Below, one piece after another: positions 20,442 through 31,391 of a stretch of 64,000 nucleotides of DNA. Under the pieces are notes generated by a model. That model had not been told where the DNA came from. It was given only the letters and a program-made list of their open reading frames with translations, and did no database searches. The first letter of the stretch is position 1. Each line of letters opens with the position of its first letter. The stretch comes from Candidatus Bathyarchaeota archaeon (lineage in GTDB: Archaea; Thermoproteota; Bathyarchaeia; Bathyarchaeales; Bathycorpusculaceae): contig CAVTBV010000001.1 of assembly GCA_963733095.1 (NCBI GenBank), positions 64,001 through 128,000 of the forward strand, in the 5' to 3' direction. The translations under genes were made by a program, and so were the position numbers.

Positions 20442-21407
20442 ATGGTCAGTGTAATGTCAACCATTCAAAAAACTCAAAACGGCGCCTTCCTTTCAGGAGT
20501 GTTAAAATCGCTCGACACAAAATGCCTAACCTGCGCACCCATAACGCCCTTTGAATGCATAACAAGATGCAAAGTCTACAAGTTAAAAAACGAGTTGTGG
20601 CATCTCCGGGAAAGCATGATGAATAACCCTGACTACCTAAAAGAGCTTTTTAACGTCCTCAAGAATGAAACTCGACTCCAAATTCTTCAAGCAATCGTCG
20701 CCGACAAACACTCATTGAAGGATATTCAGCAAGAAATAAAAAGATCCGGATACAGCCAAAGCCAAAACGCAATCCTTGAAGAATACCTGCATCCTCTTAT
20801 GACATTAGGAATTGTTAGCGAATTACGCGACCAATATTCTTTAACCTCATTTGGCGGACGCCTAACTAAACTGCTCGGATGTTTCCCCACCTATGCCATA
20901 AAACTACCAACTCACTCGGAATGCTATGAAGAAAACCTCCTACAATATCTGCTCTCAGGTCCAAAAACCTTTGAAGAAATCGAAGCAGTCGTTTCACCAA
21001 AAAACCTTTCACGAACCCTCAGACGTCTCCATTCTGCGCAACTAATTCAAACACCAACCCAACGTGATTACATCTTTTTCTTTAAGACAATAAGAAACCC
21101 TGACAAAGAAACTTTGAGGGTTACTGAACGACAAATCTACGATGCGATTGCCGCTGAAGATGGCGTTTCAGCTGGAAAGCTATCGGACTGTACTGGCTTT
21201 TCTAAGCGGGTAATCTACCGGTGCATGAGACGTTTGAGGGGCAAAAAACTTGTGTTCGAAAGAAGAACCCCCAAACGCTATGACTTGACCTGTACAGGTA
21301 AAAAGTTGGCTTATGCACTCCGTGAGCTCCAGCAGGAGGTTGAAGACACATGGTTTTCTTTCCAGCAATCTTCCTCAGACAATACCGCAACAGGTGGGAT
21401 TAGGTGA
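20442..21407 (+). CDS. multi-winged-helix regulator with N-terminal Cys cluster
   Basis: CLTC-x7-C-x3-C, ArsR-like LKNETRLQIL, further wHTH units ending YSLTSFG and YDLTCTG. Confidence 0.7.
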   Translation: MVSVMSTIQKTQNGAFLSGVLKSLDTKCLTCAPITPFECITRCKVYKLKNELWHLRESMMNNPDYLKELFNVLKNETRLQILQAIVADKHSLKDIQQEIKRSGYSQSQNAILEEYLHPLMTLGIVSELRDQYSLTSFGGRLTKLLGCFPTYAIKLPTHSECYEENLLQYLLSGPKTFEEIEAVVSPKNLSRTLRRLHSAQLIQTPTQRDYIFFFKTIRNPDKETLRVTERQIYDAIAAEDGVSAGKLSDCTGFSKRVIYRCMRRLRGKKLVFERRTPKRYDLTCTGKKLAYALRELQQEVEDTWFSFQQSSSDNTATGGIR

Positions 21408-22714
21408 CCTGCATGACCTTGCCCCCTGTGGCTAAACCTGTTGACATAGTAAACGTAAGGATCACTCATAAGACAGCGCGTGTGCCGCTCTTAGAGGTTG
21501 TTTCTTTTAAGAATAAAACAAATGCCTACGCAGAAATCGCCTCGCTTGATGGGGTGCAGGAATCGGTGCTTATTCAAACTTGTAATCGCATAGAACTCTA
21601 TCTTGTAAGCGAGCATGGAGATAGAACAGTTAACTCGGCTGTGAATTTTTTAGAGACCCGTACATCTGCAGACCCCGCTGAAGCAAGTAAAGCCGTCGAA
21701 TATGCCGTTAGCGAGGATGCGCTTAACCATCTGTTGCGGGTTACTTCCGGGTTAGAATCCATGGTTGTGGGCGAGGACCAAATTATAAACCAAGTCTGGA
21801 ATGCTTACCTTGAAGCTGAAAAGGCAAAAGCGTCAGGTCCAGTTCTTAATCTTCTTTTTAATCGGGCAGTAAATGTGGGCAGACGCGTAAGACGAGAAAC
21901 CAAAATCAGCAAAGGCGCTGTCTCGGTTGGCTCAGCGGCAGTGGAGCTTGCTGAAAATCTCTTGGGAAGTCTTAATGGAAAGAGAATCCTCGTGATGGGC
22001 GCAGGCGAAACGGGCACCCTCATAGCTAAAGCCATGGCAAGGCGCTGCCTAAACCCAATATTTGTCGCGAACCGAACCTATGAACGGGCGTTTCGATTGG
22101 CTGAGGAATTAGGTGGAAAAGCCGTGATGTTTGACAAGTTTGGCGTAGTCCTTGTAGATGCTGACGTCGTGTTTTGTTCAACTTCCGCACCACACTACCT
22201 GTTAACGAAGAATATGGTTTCTTTGCTCCTCTCAGAGCGACAAAACAAAAAAGACCTCATCGTAATCGATGTCTCCAACCCACGAAACGTAGAGGAAGCC
22301 ATAAAAGAACTTCCATACGTCAAAGTCTACAACATAGATGACTTAACATCGATTGCTGAACACAACAAGACTGAACGGCAAAAAAGTGTGAAACAAGCCC
22401 ACAAAATCATCGACGAAGAACTCAAATCCATAGAACTGGCAGTTAAGGCAGATTCTATTCGCGAAACTGTTTCAACGTTGCTCTCACAGGTTGAAGGAAG
22501 CCGCCAAATAGAACTCAAAAAAGCCCTATCTATGATGGGCAAGTTGGATAAGCGTCAGAAAAAAATTGTAAACGACTTAACCAGTATTCTGCTAAAACGG
22601 ACTTTTCTGCCTGTTGTTGAGAACCTTCGCTTAGCCGTCCAAAACAATGAGATCGAAGTTGTCGATGTTGCAACAAAGCTATTTGATTTTCATGGCGGCA
22701 CCATTGGAAATTAA
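21404..22714 (+). CDS. hemA: glutamyl-tRNA reductase
   Basis: QTCNRIELY, SGLESMVVGEDQI, GAGETG, ANRT, DVSNPRNV. Confidence 0.95.
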   Translation: MTCMTLPPVAKPVDIVNVRITHKTARVPLLEVVSFKNKTNAYAEIASLDGVQESVLIQTCNRIELYLVSEHGDRTVNSAVNFLETRTSADPAEASKAVEYAVSEDALNHLLRVTSGLESMVVGEDQIINQVWNAYLEAEKAKASGPVLNLLFNRAVNVGRRVRRETKISKGAVSVGSAAVELAENLLGSLNGKRILVMGAGETGTLIAKAMARRCLNPIFVANRTYERAFRLAEELGGKAVMFDKFGVVLVDADVVFCSTSAPHYLLTKNMVSLLLSERQNKKDLIVIDVSNPRNVEEAIKELPYVKVYNIDDLTSIAEHNKTERQKSVKQAHKIIDEELKSIELAVKADSIRETVSTLLSQVEGSRQIELKKALSMMGKLDKRQKKIVNDLTSILLKRTFLPVVENLRLAVQNNEIEVVDVATKLFDFHGGTIGN

Positions 22715-23388
22715 ATGACTTAAATTTAAAGTGTTGCTTCTGAAAAGGATTTGAACTCAATTCAATAATAAACGCCACATGTGTGATGTCGGCTCTTTGG
22801 CAAAGCTTGTCTGTTCGCCATTAGTCCCGAATTTGATGTAGCAATAATTCTGTCAATTATATTGGGTGTTTAGTTATCAATTGAGCAGTTATTCACAATT
22901 TTTATGAACAATTCTTAACTATATTTATATTTAGCTAAACAAAAGTATGTTTATCGAACAGAAGGAGTTTAAACAAAAATGAAAAAAGAAGCGAGCTACA
23001 AAATTCGAGCAAATGTGAAAAAAACAGGAATCCAGATAGCAGCAGCACTGGAAGAGATTGAAAAGTCGGTACTGCTGACTGCCTTAAACATAATTTCCTT
23101 GTGCACCTCCTTCGCTTTCAATAGGTTTTCCCAAAACAGCCACGCCGTAAATAATGGCTTCAATTAGAACCCAACTTTTTTCAAAACACTCCAAAAATGA
23201 CCTGTTTGTTTAGGTTGCTATTAAGGTAGAGACCTAATATTTATTATCAGTGTCTCATCTTGAAAACGCCAATAAAGAAATCCAGTTTCTGAAGAAATAA
23301 AAGCAAACTAGAACTCAAATTGAAACTTGAAACACTACAGTAAGCGCACGATAGATAAAAAGCCTAAATCGGCACCGCGAATGCTATG

Positions 23389-24615
23389 TTACACCGCGCC
23401 GTACTTGGAAAAAGCTTTTTCTGCCACTGCTTTGCCAAGTTGCCTTGCCTTTTCAAGATCTTCTTCTGTGGGGCTACCGAAGAATGAAAGCGGCTGTTCC
23501 AGCTCGAAACCCAATGCAGCTAGCTCACTTGATATTTTTCGTGTCGCTTCTCCGCTCCAGCCGAAGCTTCCGAAGACACCGGCGCACCTGTTTGAAAACT
23601 TTTTAGTTTTAAGCAGATTCAGGAAATCCACTACTCTTGGAAATACTTCATGTTCATATGTAGATGAACCAACGATTAATGCTGGAGCTTCCACCAAGCC
23701 AGTTAATGCATCAACGGCCGTGTCTTCAGAAAGGTTGAAGCTTAGAACTGAGCCTCCCGCTTCTCTTACTCCTTCAACGATTGCGCCTAAGCACTTTGCA
23801 GTCATTCCATACATGGTACCGTATGGCACGACAACAGTTTTCGTGTAGGTACCTTTGCTCCAAGAAGCCCATTTACTTATGGTCTGCTTGGCGCTGTCGG
23901 TGTAGACTGGACCGTGGCTTGGCGCCAAAACTTTAATTTCGAGGTTAATTTTGTCAAATTTTTCTATGGCTTTCAAAATCCATTCGCGTTGTCCGTTGAA
24001 GACTGAGGCAAAATACTTTTGTGAGCATCCGCAGATATTCTGCTTGACTATATCCATGTCGGATTCTAATATTGCGCCGTCCGGAAGTTTTTTGAAGGAC
24101 CCAAATGCGTCGCAACAGAACAAAATTCTGTCTTCCACAAGGTAGGTGCTCATGGTTTCTGGCCAATGAAGCCAAGGCGTTTGAATGAATTTCAACGTTT
24201 TGTTTCCTAAGGAAATCTCCGCGTCTTCACTTTTTACGATGACTGCTGCAGGGTCTAACCCGTAGAACTTTTTAAAAATCATTTGGGCAATGGGTGTGAA
24301 AACGACTTTTGCGTTGGGTGCTTTCTTAAGAAGCGCGGGAACAGCACTTGTGTGGTCAGGTTCCATATGGTTAATGACCAGATAGTCTAAGTTTGAGAGG
24401 TCTATTAGTTTGCTAATTTTGTCAAAGTGCTCGAGCGCGTTCTTCTCGTGCACAGAATCAATCAGTGCAGTTTTTTCTGAGCCTACGATTAAGTAAGAGT
24501 TGTAGGAAACGCCCTCGGGGATGCGCCAGAGTCCTTCGAAAAGTGGGGTTTCTGTGTCATTGACTCCTACCCAATTGACGTTCGAGGATATTAGAAGAGG
24601 CTGGTTATTTGTCAT
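23389..24615 (-). CDS. fprA: flavodiiron protein (FprA, A-type flavoprotein)
   Basis: GVSYNSYLI, NHMEPDH, HWPETM, DAFG, PSHGP, flavodoxin TMYGMT and FGSFGWSG. Confidence 0.93.
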   Translation of the reverse strand: MTNNQPLLISSNVNWVGVNDTETPLFEGLWRIPEGVSYNSYLIVGSEKTALIDSVHEKNALEHFDKISKLIDLSNLDYLVINHMEPDHTSAVPALLKKAPNAKVVFTPIAQMIFKKFYGLDPAAVIVKSEDAEISLGNKTLKFIQTPWLHWPETMSTYLVEDRILFCCDAFGSFKKLPDGAILESDMDIVKQNICGCSQKYFASVFNGQREWILKAIEKFDKINLEIKVLAPSHGPVYTDSAKQTISKWASWSKGTYTKTVVVPYGTMYGMTAKCLGAIVEGVREAGGSVLSFNLSEDTAVDALTGLVEAPALIVGSSTYEHEVFPRVVDFLNLLKTKKFSNRCAGVFGSFGWSGEATRKISSELAALGFELEQPLSFFGSPTEEDLEKARQLGKAVAEKAFSKYGAV

Positions 24616-25068
24616 TGAGTAACCTCAAGAAACTAAAGGCATTAAGCCACATAAATGATTTAACCTTTTCGCGGGACTGGTTTCAACTATGCTAGGGCGT
24701 CGCAAGTACAGCGGAAAATAATTAAGGAGGCGAAAAAGGAAAAGCTGTAGCCTAAAATATGTCAAAGTGTAGCAAGCATGTTGCTAAATTAGCTTGTTTA
24801 TGTGTTTTTGCCAATTAAGATGCGTCCTGCGGAGACAAAAACGTGTCGTTTTCTGAAAAAACGTTGCCAGATTACTTGAGACTTGAGCTCCTTTTGTTCA
24901 AAACCCACCGGTCCACCCGCTAACATTGAGTTTTTTCTTGTTTTACGAATAGCTTTATAACTTTACCAGAAAAAGTCCGAAAACAAGATTAAAATCGTTT
25001 TCGGCGTAACTACATAGAAGCCATAGACAAGTTTATTTTGCAAAAATAAGCCTAAGACCTTTAAAAAG

Positions 25069-25089
25069 TGGCGCCGGGGAAGGGATTCG
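25069..25089 (-). repeat. att-like duplication of the tRNA-Ser 3' end
   Basis: TGGCGCCGGGGAAGGGATTCG is identical to 38369-38389. Confidence 0.9.
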
Positions 25090-25309
25090 GACACCAGAGA
25101 ATGTGGGGATATTACCCCTCGTTTTTCTCCGCAGCAACTTTCCCTTTTTTATTGCAATACCGAGGTTTAAGCCCCATCAAATCGTTTCTGTCCTCAGGAA
25201 TTAATACTGAATTCTGTCCAACCTTTTCTTTTTTAAGTATTTACTGGCACAACTTTTGGCTGTGGGTAGAACTTGGCTCGTCTTCAGGGCGTTAATTGTT
25301 CAAGTCTAT

Positions 25310-25353
25310 TTAATCAACCTGACATTAACTTTAGTTAAACCAAAATTTATTAA
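25310..25353 (+). promoter_or_regulatory. phased operator plus TATA upstream of the island regulator
   Basis: TCAAC/TTAAC/TAAAC at 11-bp spacing, then AAAATTTATTA; close copy at 26323-26365. Confidence 0.7.
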
Positions 25354-25406
25354 CTTAAAACCCCCTCCACAAACACGGGGTAAGTAAATGGGGGTTGAAT
25401 GGATAA

Positions 25407-26267
25407 TTGGCAAAACAGCAACACATTTTACTCAGAGATAAGGCAGAATTCACAAGATTCCAAATCCTGTTTGAAGTTTTGCGCAACCAACCTCACTTAA
25501 GACAAAAAGACATAAGTGATAAGCTCGGATTAACAATCCAAGCTATATCAAAATACCTCAAAAGGCTCTCCCAAGACGGCTATCTAGAGGTAGGTTCTGA
25601 GAGAGCAGATTATCGGTTAACATCCAAAGGAATCGCTAAGCTCCATGAAAACGTAAGAAACATGGAAAGCTACTTTGAAGCGGTCAAGCAAGAGCTAAAA
25701 GTCGACCATGCATGGATAGCATTGGCAACGTACACGGTAAAAGCAGGCGAACAAGTCGGATTAATCACAAAAGAAGGACTCTTTTACACTGTACCCTTAA
25801 ATGATCCCAACTTAGAAGCTGTGGGAATAGCTATCGCTGATGCTAACCCTGGAGAAGATTTGGGATTAAAGAACCTAAATGGAAAAGTCAAACTAAAACA
25901 GGGCAAAATCCTAATCGTTAAACTGCCCAGCATACGCAAAGGAGGCTCAAGGGCAGCAGACATAGCAAAAATCAAAGTATACTATGACGAGTTCAAACCA
26001 GACCGCATAGGCGTAATGGGAGCCGTGGGAAGAGCAGTCCTGAACAAACTTGGACTCAAAGCGGACTTCGAATTCGGCATAAGCCACTCAGCTGCAGTAG
26101 CTGCTTCAAGGGGACTAAACGTTTTCATTCTCGTTGTTGGCAGAATGGTTAATCGCGTGATACTGGAAATCGATTCTCAAAACCTCCGATTTGCTGGAGA
26201 CATAATATATGAAGTAAAAGACTCACAGTTCCCCCGTCTAGTCGCTGAAAGTCAGTTATCAAGTTAA
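25407..26267 (+). CDS. MarR-like wHTH transcriptional regulator (COG1497-like)
   Basis: QPHLRQKDISDKLGLTIQAISKYLK...YRLTSKG, C-terminal GGSR and AASRGLNV. Confidence 0.8.
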   Translation: MAKQQHILLRDKAEFTRFQILFEVLRNQPHLRQKDISDKLGLTIQAISKYLKRLSQDGYLEVGSERADYRLTSKGIAKLHENVRNMESYFEAVKQELKVDHAWIALATYTVKAGEQVGLITKEGLFYTVPLNDPNLEAVGIAIADANPGEDLGLKNLNGKVKLKQGKILIVKLPSIRKGGSRAADIAKIKVYYDEFKPDRIGVMGAVGRAVLNKLGLKADFEFGISHSAAVAASRGLNVFILVVGRMVNRVILEIDSQNLRFAGDIIYEVKDSQFPRLVAESQLSS

Positions 26268-26322
26268 TCATTAATTGAATGCCCTGTTTTTTGATGCGTG
26301 TTTTTTTGAAATTCAATTAGAG

Positions 26323-26365
26323 TTAATCAACTTAAGTTTAACTTAAATTAAACCAAAGTTTATTA
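26323..26365 (+). promoter_or_regulatory. phased operator plus TATA upstream of the chelatase operon
   Basis: TTAATCAAC...TTAAC...TTAAACCAAAGTTTATTA, same layout as 25310-25353. Confidence 0.7.
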
Positions 26366-26401
26366 GAATAGTTGGCTAATCCAACCAGCGAGGAAGCGAA
26401 C

Positions 26402-28408
26402 ATGCAAAACAAGATGGTTTACCCGTTTAGCGCTCTCGTTGGTCAAGAAAAGATGAAACTGGCATTGATTCTTAACATAATTAACCCAAAAATTGGCGGA
26501 GTCCTCCTCCGAGGAGAAAAAGGAACTGGCAAATCAATGGCTGTTCGTGCATTAGCAAATCTTTTACCAGAAATGGATGCGGTAGTGGATTGTCCTTTTC
26601 ATTGTGACCCTGCTCGCCCAAAAGACATGTGTGACGCCTGCAGCGCCAAAATGGCAAAAGGCGAAAAACTCTCAATAGTTAAGCGTCCAATATCCGTGGT
26701 AGAGCTGCCAGTTGGAGCTACAGAAGACAGACTCGTAGGAACCATTGATATAGAAAAAGCAATCAAAAAAGGCGAAAAACATTTCGACCAGGGAATTCTT
26801 GCAGAGGCAAATCGAAATATCTTATATATTGATGAGGTTAACCTGTTAGATGACCACCTAGTTGATGTTCTGCTTGATGCCGCCGCCATGGGCGTAAATT
26901 TTGTAGAGCGTGAAGGGATTTCCTTTTGCCATCCAGCACAGTTCGTCCTAGTTGGCACTATGAATCCTGAGGAAGGTGAACTTCGTCCTCAACTGTTGGA
27001 TCGCTTCGCCCTTTCAGTTGAGATTAAGGGTATTCCGTATCGGGAAGCACGAGCAGAGATAGTGAGAAGGCGCATCGCTTTTGAAAATGACCCTGCATCA
27101 TTTATCGAAAGTCAGAATGACTCTCAAAAGCAGCTTCGCCAAAAGATGGTGGAAGCCAGTCATCTTTTGCCTAAGGTAAAATTGAATGATGAAATGCTTG
27201 ATCTAATCACTCAAGTTTGCATAGACTTTGCCGTTGACGGTCACCGCGCTGATATAACAATGTACAAGACTGCTTGCACTATTGCTGCTTTCAAGGGGCA
27301 GACTGAAGTTGTCAAAGACGACGTTAAAGAGGCTGCTGAGTTGGTGCTTCCTCATCGTCGTCGCCGTAAACCATTTGAAGAGCCAAAGCTGGAAGAGCAA
27401 CAGATTCAAGAAAGCCTACAGAAGTGGGATAAAAACAAAGAAAAAGAACAACCTCAATCACCTCAGCCCCAAAACAATAACCCAGAGAATAAGAATCAAG
27501 AGCAGCCGTCCAAAGACGAAGAGGCCCCTGAGCAGGTTTTTGAAGCTGATTCTCCATATACCGTTAAGCCTCTTGCTACGCCTGTTCTAGACGAAGTTCA
27601 GCGTAACAGTGGAGGTAGGAGGTCCAAAAGCATCAGCAATTCTAAGACAGGTCGATATGTAGACAGTGTCATTCCTAAAGGCGAAGTATCGGATTTGGCT
27701 TTTGATGCTACCTTGAGGGTAGCTGCACCTTTCCAGCTTCAGCGCAAAGAGGATTCTGGCAGTCCGAATGGCTTTCTCATTGAGAAGACTGATCTTCGGG
27801 AGAAAGTTCGAGAAAGGAAAGTTGGCAATTTGATCATGTTTGTCGTTGATGCAAGCGGTTCAATGGCTGCTGAAGAGCGCATGACCGCTACCAAAGGCGC
27901 GGTTCTCTCGTTGTTGCTTGATGCTTATCAGCGTCGAGACCGTGTGGGCATGGTTGTCTTTAGAAGGAATAATGCTGAGCTTGTGCTTCCTCCAACTAAT
28001 AGTGTCGAGCTAGCCCAAAGGTTCTTGTCGATACTGCCTACAGGCGGGCGTACTCCGATGGCTCACGGATTGACACTTGGGCTAGAAACTATACAAGATT
28101 ACGTGAGGCGAGACAAGGAAGCCATACCGCTTCTAGCTCTAATCTCTGATGGGCGAGCCAATGTCCCTGTTAACGGCGGCGACCCTGTAGAAGAAGCAAA
28201 GCTGGTTGCCCGTGAAATAGGCTCTTCAGGCGTAAAAGCGATTGCTATCGACACTGAACGGGGCTTCATCACGTTTGGGCTCGTGAAGCAGATTTGTGAT
28301 GAGATGAAGGGGCGCTACTTGCGGTTGGAGGAGTTGAGCGCTGTGCCTATTGCTTCAGCTGTCCGTGACAACTTAATTCATGGTCCAGAATTAACTTGGA
28401 ACGATTAG
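26402..28408 (+). CDS. ChlD-type (AAA+ plus vWA) cobalto/magnesium chelatase subunit
   Basis: [47 protein letters not shown] linker, MIDAS motif VVDASGSM. Confidence 0.92.
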   Translation: MQNKMVYPFSALVGQEKMKLALILNIINPKIGGVLLRGEKGTGKSMAVRALANLLPEMDAVVDCPFHCDPARPKDMCDACSAKMAKGEKLSIVKRPISVVELPVGATEDRLVGTIDIEKAIKKGEKHFDQGILAEANRNILYIDEVNLLDDHLVDVLLDAAAMGVNFVEREGISFCHPAQFVLVGTMNPEEGELRPQLLDRFALSVEIKGIPYREARAEIVRRRIAFENDPASFIESQNDSQKQLRQKMVEASHLLPKVKLNDEMLDLITQVCIDFAVDGHRADITMYKTACTIAAFKGQTEVVKDDVKEAAELVLPHRRRRKPFEEPKLEEQQIQESLQKWDKNKEKEQPQSPQPQNNNPENKNQEQPSKDEEAPEQVFEADSPYTVKPLATPVLDEVQRNSGGRRSKSISNSKTGRYVDSVIPKGEVSDLAFDATLRVAAPFQLQRKEDSGSPNGFLIEKTDLREKVRERKVGNLIMFVVDASGSMAAEERMTATKGAVLSLLLDAYQRRDRVGMVVFRRNNAELVLPPTNSVELAQRFLSILPTGGRTPMAHGLTLGLETIQDYVRRDKEAIPLLALISDGRANVPVNGGDPVEEAKLVAREIGSSGVKAIAIDTERGFITFGLVKQICDEMKGRYLRLEELSAVPIASAVRDNLIHGPELTWND

Positions 28409-28425
28409 CTTTGGAGGTGAAATGG

Positions 28426-29484
28426 ATGAAAAAAACTACTGTTACTTCGATTGCCATTGTACTCGTATTGATCATAGCTGGATCTTCTTATGGAGTCTAT
28501 TTACTAAATGTTCCCTCTAAAGACATTTATCAAAATGGAAACGTGATTTCTGTCGTAGATCCAAACGGAAATACAGTTAATGTAACTCAACCAGTAAAGA
28601 CTGTTGTTTGTATTGATTCTATTGCAACCGAGATTGTCTGTGCATTAGGGTGCGAGAATAGAATTGTAGGGATAGACACAAGTTCTGCTTTTCCGCCCTC
28701 AGTTACGGAAATTCCTAACGTAGGCGAATCCTACAGCCCAAGTGTAGAGCAGATATTAGAATTGAAACCTGACTTGGTCCTTGCTGGTGCACCGATAAAC
28801 TACTTCAATAATCAGACGTCGAATCAGATTGAAGCTGCTGGAATACCGGTATTTATCTGCGAGGCAATTAACCCTCCGTTAAACTCGGACGAGTCTATGA
28901 TAGATAATACTTGCACATTGGTGAATCGATTAGGATTGATCTTAAATGAACAGTCCAATGCTACTAAACTAGTCAACTACATGCAGAATTACCAAAGCCT
29001 CGTCAACGAGCGTTTCGCAAACCTGGCAGCAAGTGAGAAACCATTAGTCTACTATGAATGGTACACGGATTGGCAAACTGAACTTGTCCCATCCATAACT
29101 CAGGCTGGCGGAATAAATATCGCTGAAAATGAATCACAATACGCACCTATAGTAAGCCCTGAATTTGTAACACAGGCGAATCCTGACGTAATAATTAGAA
29201 TGATAAGCAGCCCAAACCACGACATGACAGACTTTACAACTGCACTGAGTGAAATAACAAGCAGACCTGCATTACAAGATACGACTGCAATCAAAGAGGG
29301 CAATGTCTACATTTGTGACTATGCAATCACGGGCGGAATAGAATCTGTGGTTGGGTGTCTACAATGGGCAAAGTGGCTTCACCCCAGCCTTTTTGAGGAC
29401 ATAGACCCAGCCGCTATACATCAACAGATGATCACAGAATTCTTCGGTAACGTTACGTTAGAAGGAGTCTACGCGTACCCATGA
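28426..29484 (+). CDS. ABC substrate-binding protein (BtuF/iron-siderophore family)
   Basis: N-terminal TM anchor, PSVEQILELKPDLV, NPDVII, AKWLHP. Confidence 0.88.
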   Translation: MKKTTVTSIAIVLVLIIAGSSYGVYLLNVPSKDIYQNGNVISVVDPNGNTVNVTQPVKTVVCIDSIATEIVCALGCENRIVGIDTSSAFPPSVTEIPNVGESYSPSVEQILELKPDLVLAGAPINYFNNQTSNQIEAAGIPVFICEAINPPLNSDESMIDNTCTLVNRLGLILNEQSNATKLVNYMQNYQSLVNERFANLAASEKPLVYYEWYTDWQTELVPSITQAGGINIAENESQYAPIVSPEFVTQANPDVIIRMISSPNHDMTDFTTALSEITSRPALQDTTAIKEGNVYICDYAITGGIESVVGCLQWAKWLHPSLFEDIDPAAIHQQMITEFFGNVTLEGVYAYP

Positions 29485-30557
29485 GCACAGCTGCAGAACT
29501 AAAAAGACTCTACAACAAAGGCAAGAAACGAAAAACCCTTGTCCTTCTTTCCCTTTTTATTGCGCTACTTGCAAGCATAGTTGTTTCCATAAGCTTAGGT
29601 GCTGCCTCGCCTGGACTTATTGAAGCAATGCAAGCTATCTGCTCTAAGCTTTTTCCTTTCCTCAATATTAATCCTGTATCCCAGATAACTCAGATAATAG
29701 TTTTGAATTTACGACTTCCCCGTATCATTCTAGCAATACTCGCCGGTGCAGGTCTCGCTGCGGCTGGAGCGGCAATGCAGGGAACCCTGCGTAACCCTCT
29801 CGTCTCCTCCTACGTTTTGGGCATCTCCTCAGCCGCAGGATTCGGCGCAGCGTTAGCAATAGTTTTTGGAGTGGGTATTTTATCGATATTTGGCGGATAC
29901 CTTGTAATCGTAAACGCTTTTCTCTTTAGCGTGCTCGCCATGGTGATAGTGTACGGTATCGCCCGTGTCCGAGGCATGAGTTCTGAAACAGTAATTTTGG
30001 TAGGCGTAGCTGTTGGTTTTCTGTTTTCCGCTTTGCTATCCTTAATTCAATACGTTGCTCCTCAGTACCAAGCGGTAAGTGCTGTAGTTTTCTGGCTGAT
30101 GGGTAGTTTAACTTCTGCAACTTGGCAAAGCATACTGATTGTTCTCCCCATCGTCGCGCTCACCATAGTGCTGATGACGCAGCAGTCTTGGAACATTAAC
30201 GTGATGAGTATGGGCGAGGATGTAGCTACAAGTTTAGGAGTTAACTCCAAGCGGGTACTCGCGACAAATATGGTGTTAGAGACACTGGCAACTGCAAGCA
30301 TAATAGCTTTCACTGGCGTAATCGGCTTCGTAGATTTGATTTCACCCCACATCGCTAGGATGCTGATTGGAAACGACCACCGTTTCCTCATACCCTGCAG
30401 TGCTCTTGTTGGGGCTCTTTTGCTACTGTGTTCCGACACAGTCGCGCGAATAGTGCTTGCACCGACAGAACTTCCAGTTGGCATTGTAACGTCCATGCTC
30501 GGTGTTCCATTCTTCATTTACATTTTGGTAAATAAAAGGAGGCAAAGTTGGCGTTGA
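29481..30557 (+). CDS. ABC permease (BtuC/FecCD family)
   Basis: LRLPRIIL, RNPL, FWLMGSL, GVIGFVDLISPHIAR, ELPVGIVT. Confidence 0.92.
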   Translation: MSTAAELKRLYNKGKKRKTLVLLSLFIALLASIVVSISLGAASPGLIEAMQAICSKLFPFLNINPVSQITQIIVLNLRLPRIILAILAGAGLAAAGAAMQGTLRNPLVSSYVLGISSAAGFGAALAIVFGVGILSIFGGYLVIVNAFLFSVLAMVIVYGIARVRGMSSETVILVGVAVGFLFSALLSLIQYVAPQYQAVSAVVFWLMGSLTSATWQSILIVLPIVALTIVLMTQQSWNINVMSMGEDVATSLGVNSKRVLATNMVLETLATASIIAFTGVIGFVDLISPHIARMLIGNDHRFLIPCSALVGALLLLCSDTVARIVLAPTELPVGIVTSMLGVPFFIYILVNKRRQSWR

Positions 30558-31378
30558 AACTCACAATCAACAAACTCTCGTTCAACTACACTGGAATTCA
30601 AGTCCTCAAAGATGTGGAAATGGAAGTAGGACTAGGTGAAATATTGAGCATAGTTGGCCCAAACGGTTCAGGCAAGAGCACGCTGTTAAAATGTATCAAT
30701 CGAATCTTGAAAACTAAACAGAATACTGTGCTGATCGACGGTAAAGACACCAGTAAGCTCAACCTCAAAGAGTTATCGAAAGTCATGGGGTATGTTCCTC
30801 AAAGCTCCACAAGCACTTTCCCTTTTACCGTTTTTGACGTCGTTTTGATGGGAAGAAAACCCTACATTCATTGGAATCTGAGCGAGCGAGATAACGAAAT
30901 CGTCGCAGAAATGCTAGACTTTCTCGGAATCGGCGAACTAGCCCTGCGCTACTTCAACGAACTCAGCGGTGGCGAGCAGCAAAAAGTCATCGTGGCGCGT
31001 GCTTTGGCTCAGCAGCCTCAGATTTTGCTTCTTGATGAGCCAACGAGTTCGCTTGATATTAAGCACCAACTGGAGATACTGTGCATGCTTAGGAGTTTGA
31101 CTCAAGGCAAAGAACGTTCTGTTATAGTGACAATGCATGACTTGAACTTGGCAAGCCGCTTTTCGGACAGGATGATTATGCTTAAGCAGGGCAAAATTTT
31201 CGCCAGCGGCACTCCCGAGTCGGTGTTAACTGAGGAGAACATCGAGAAGGTTTATGATATCAACTGTGAGGTGACAGATTCAATCTTAGGCAAACCCCAA
31301 GTGGTGCCTATGATATCTGAAACACACGAAGTTAGGCACTTGAAAATGTCCCAAGAAATCGCAACAGAATACACATAA
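30548..31378 (+). CDS. ABC ATPase (BtuD/FepC family)
   Basis: GPNGSGKST, LSGGEQQ, LLDEPT, MHDLNLA. Confidence 0.92.
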   Translation: MALKLTINKLSFNYTGIQVLKDVEMEVGLGEILSIVGPNGSGKSTLLKCINRILKTKQNTVLIDGKDTSKLNLKELSKVMGYVPQSSTSTFPFTVFDVVLMGRKPYIHWNLSERDNEIVAEMLDFLGIGELALRYFNELSGGEQQKVIVARALAQQPQILLLDEPTSSLDIKHQLEILCMLRSLTQGKERSVIVTMHDLNLASRFSDRMIMLKQGKIFASGTPESVLTEENIEKVYDINCEVTDSILGKPQVVPMISETHEVRHLKMSQEIATEYT

Positions 31379-31391
31379 AGGAAAATAAAAC

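Noticed and set aside
22979-23167. 62-aa ORF with AAGGAG upstream
   Set aside because: No recognisable motif; may be a gene fragment, so not called
24896-24918. GTTCAAAACCCACCGGTCCACC, resembling a tRNA T-arm/3' end
   Set aside because: No cloverleaf and no matching tRNA in the window; it could be an old att scar but this is unsupported
25068-25295. 75-aa ORF starting MAPGKGF
   Set aside because: It starts in the antisense reading of the tRNA-derived att repeat
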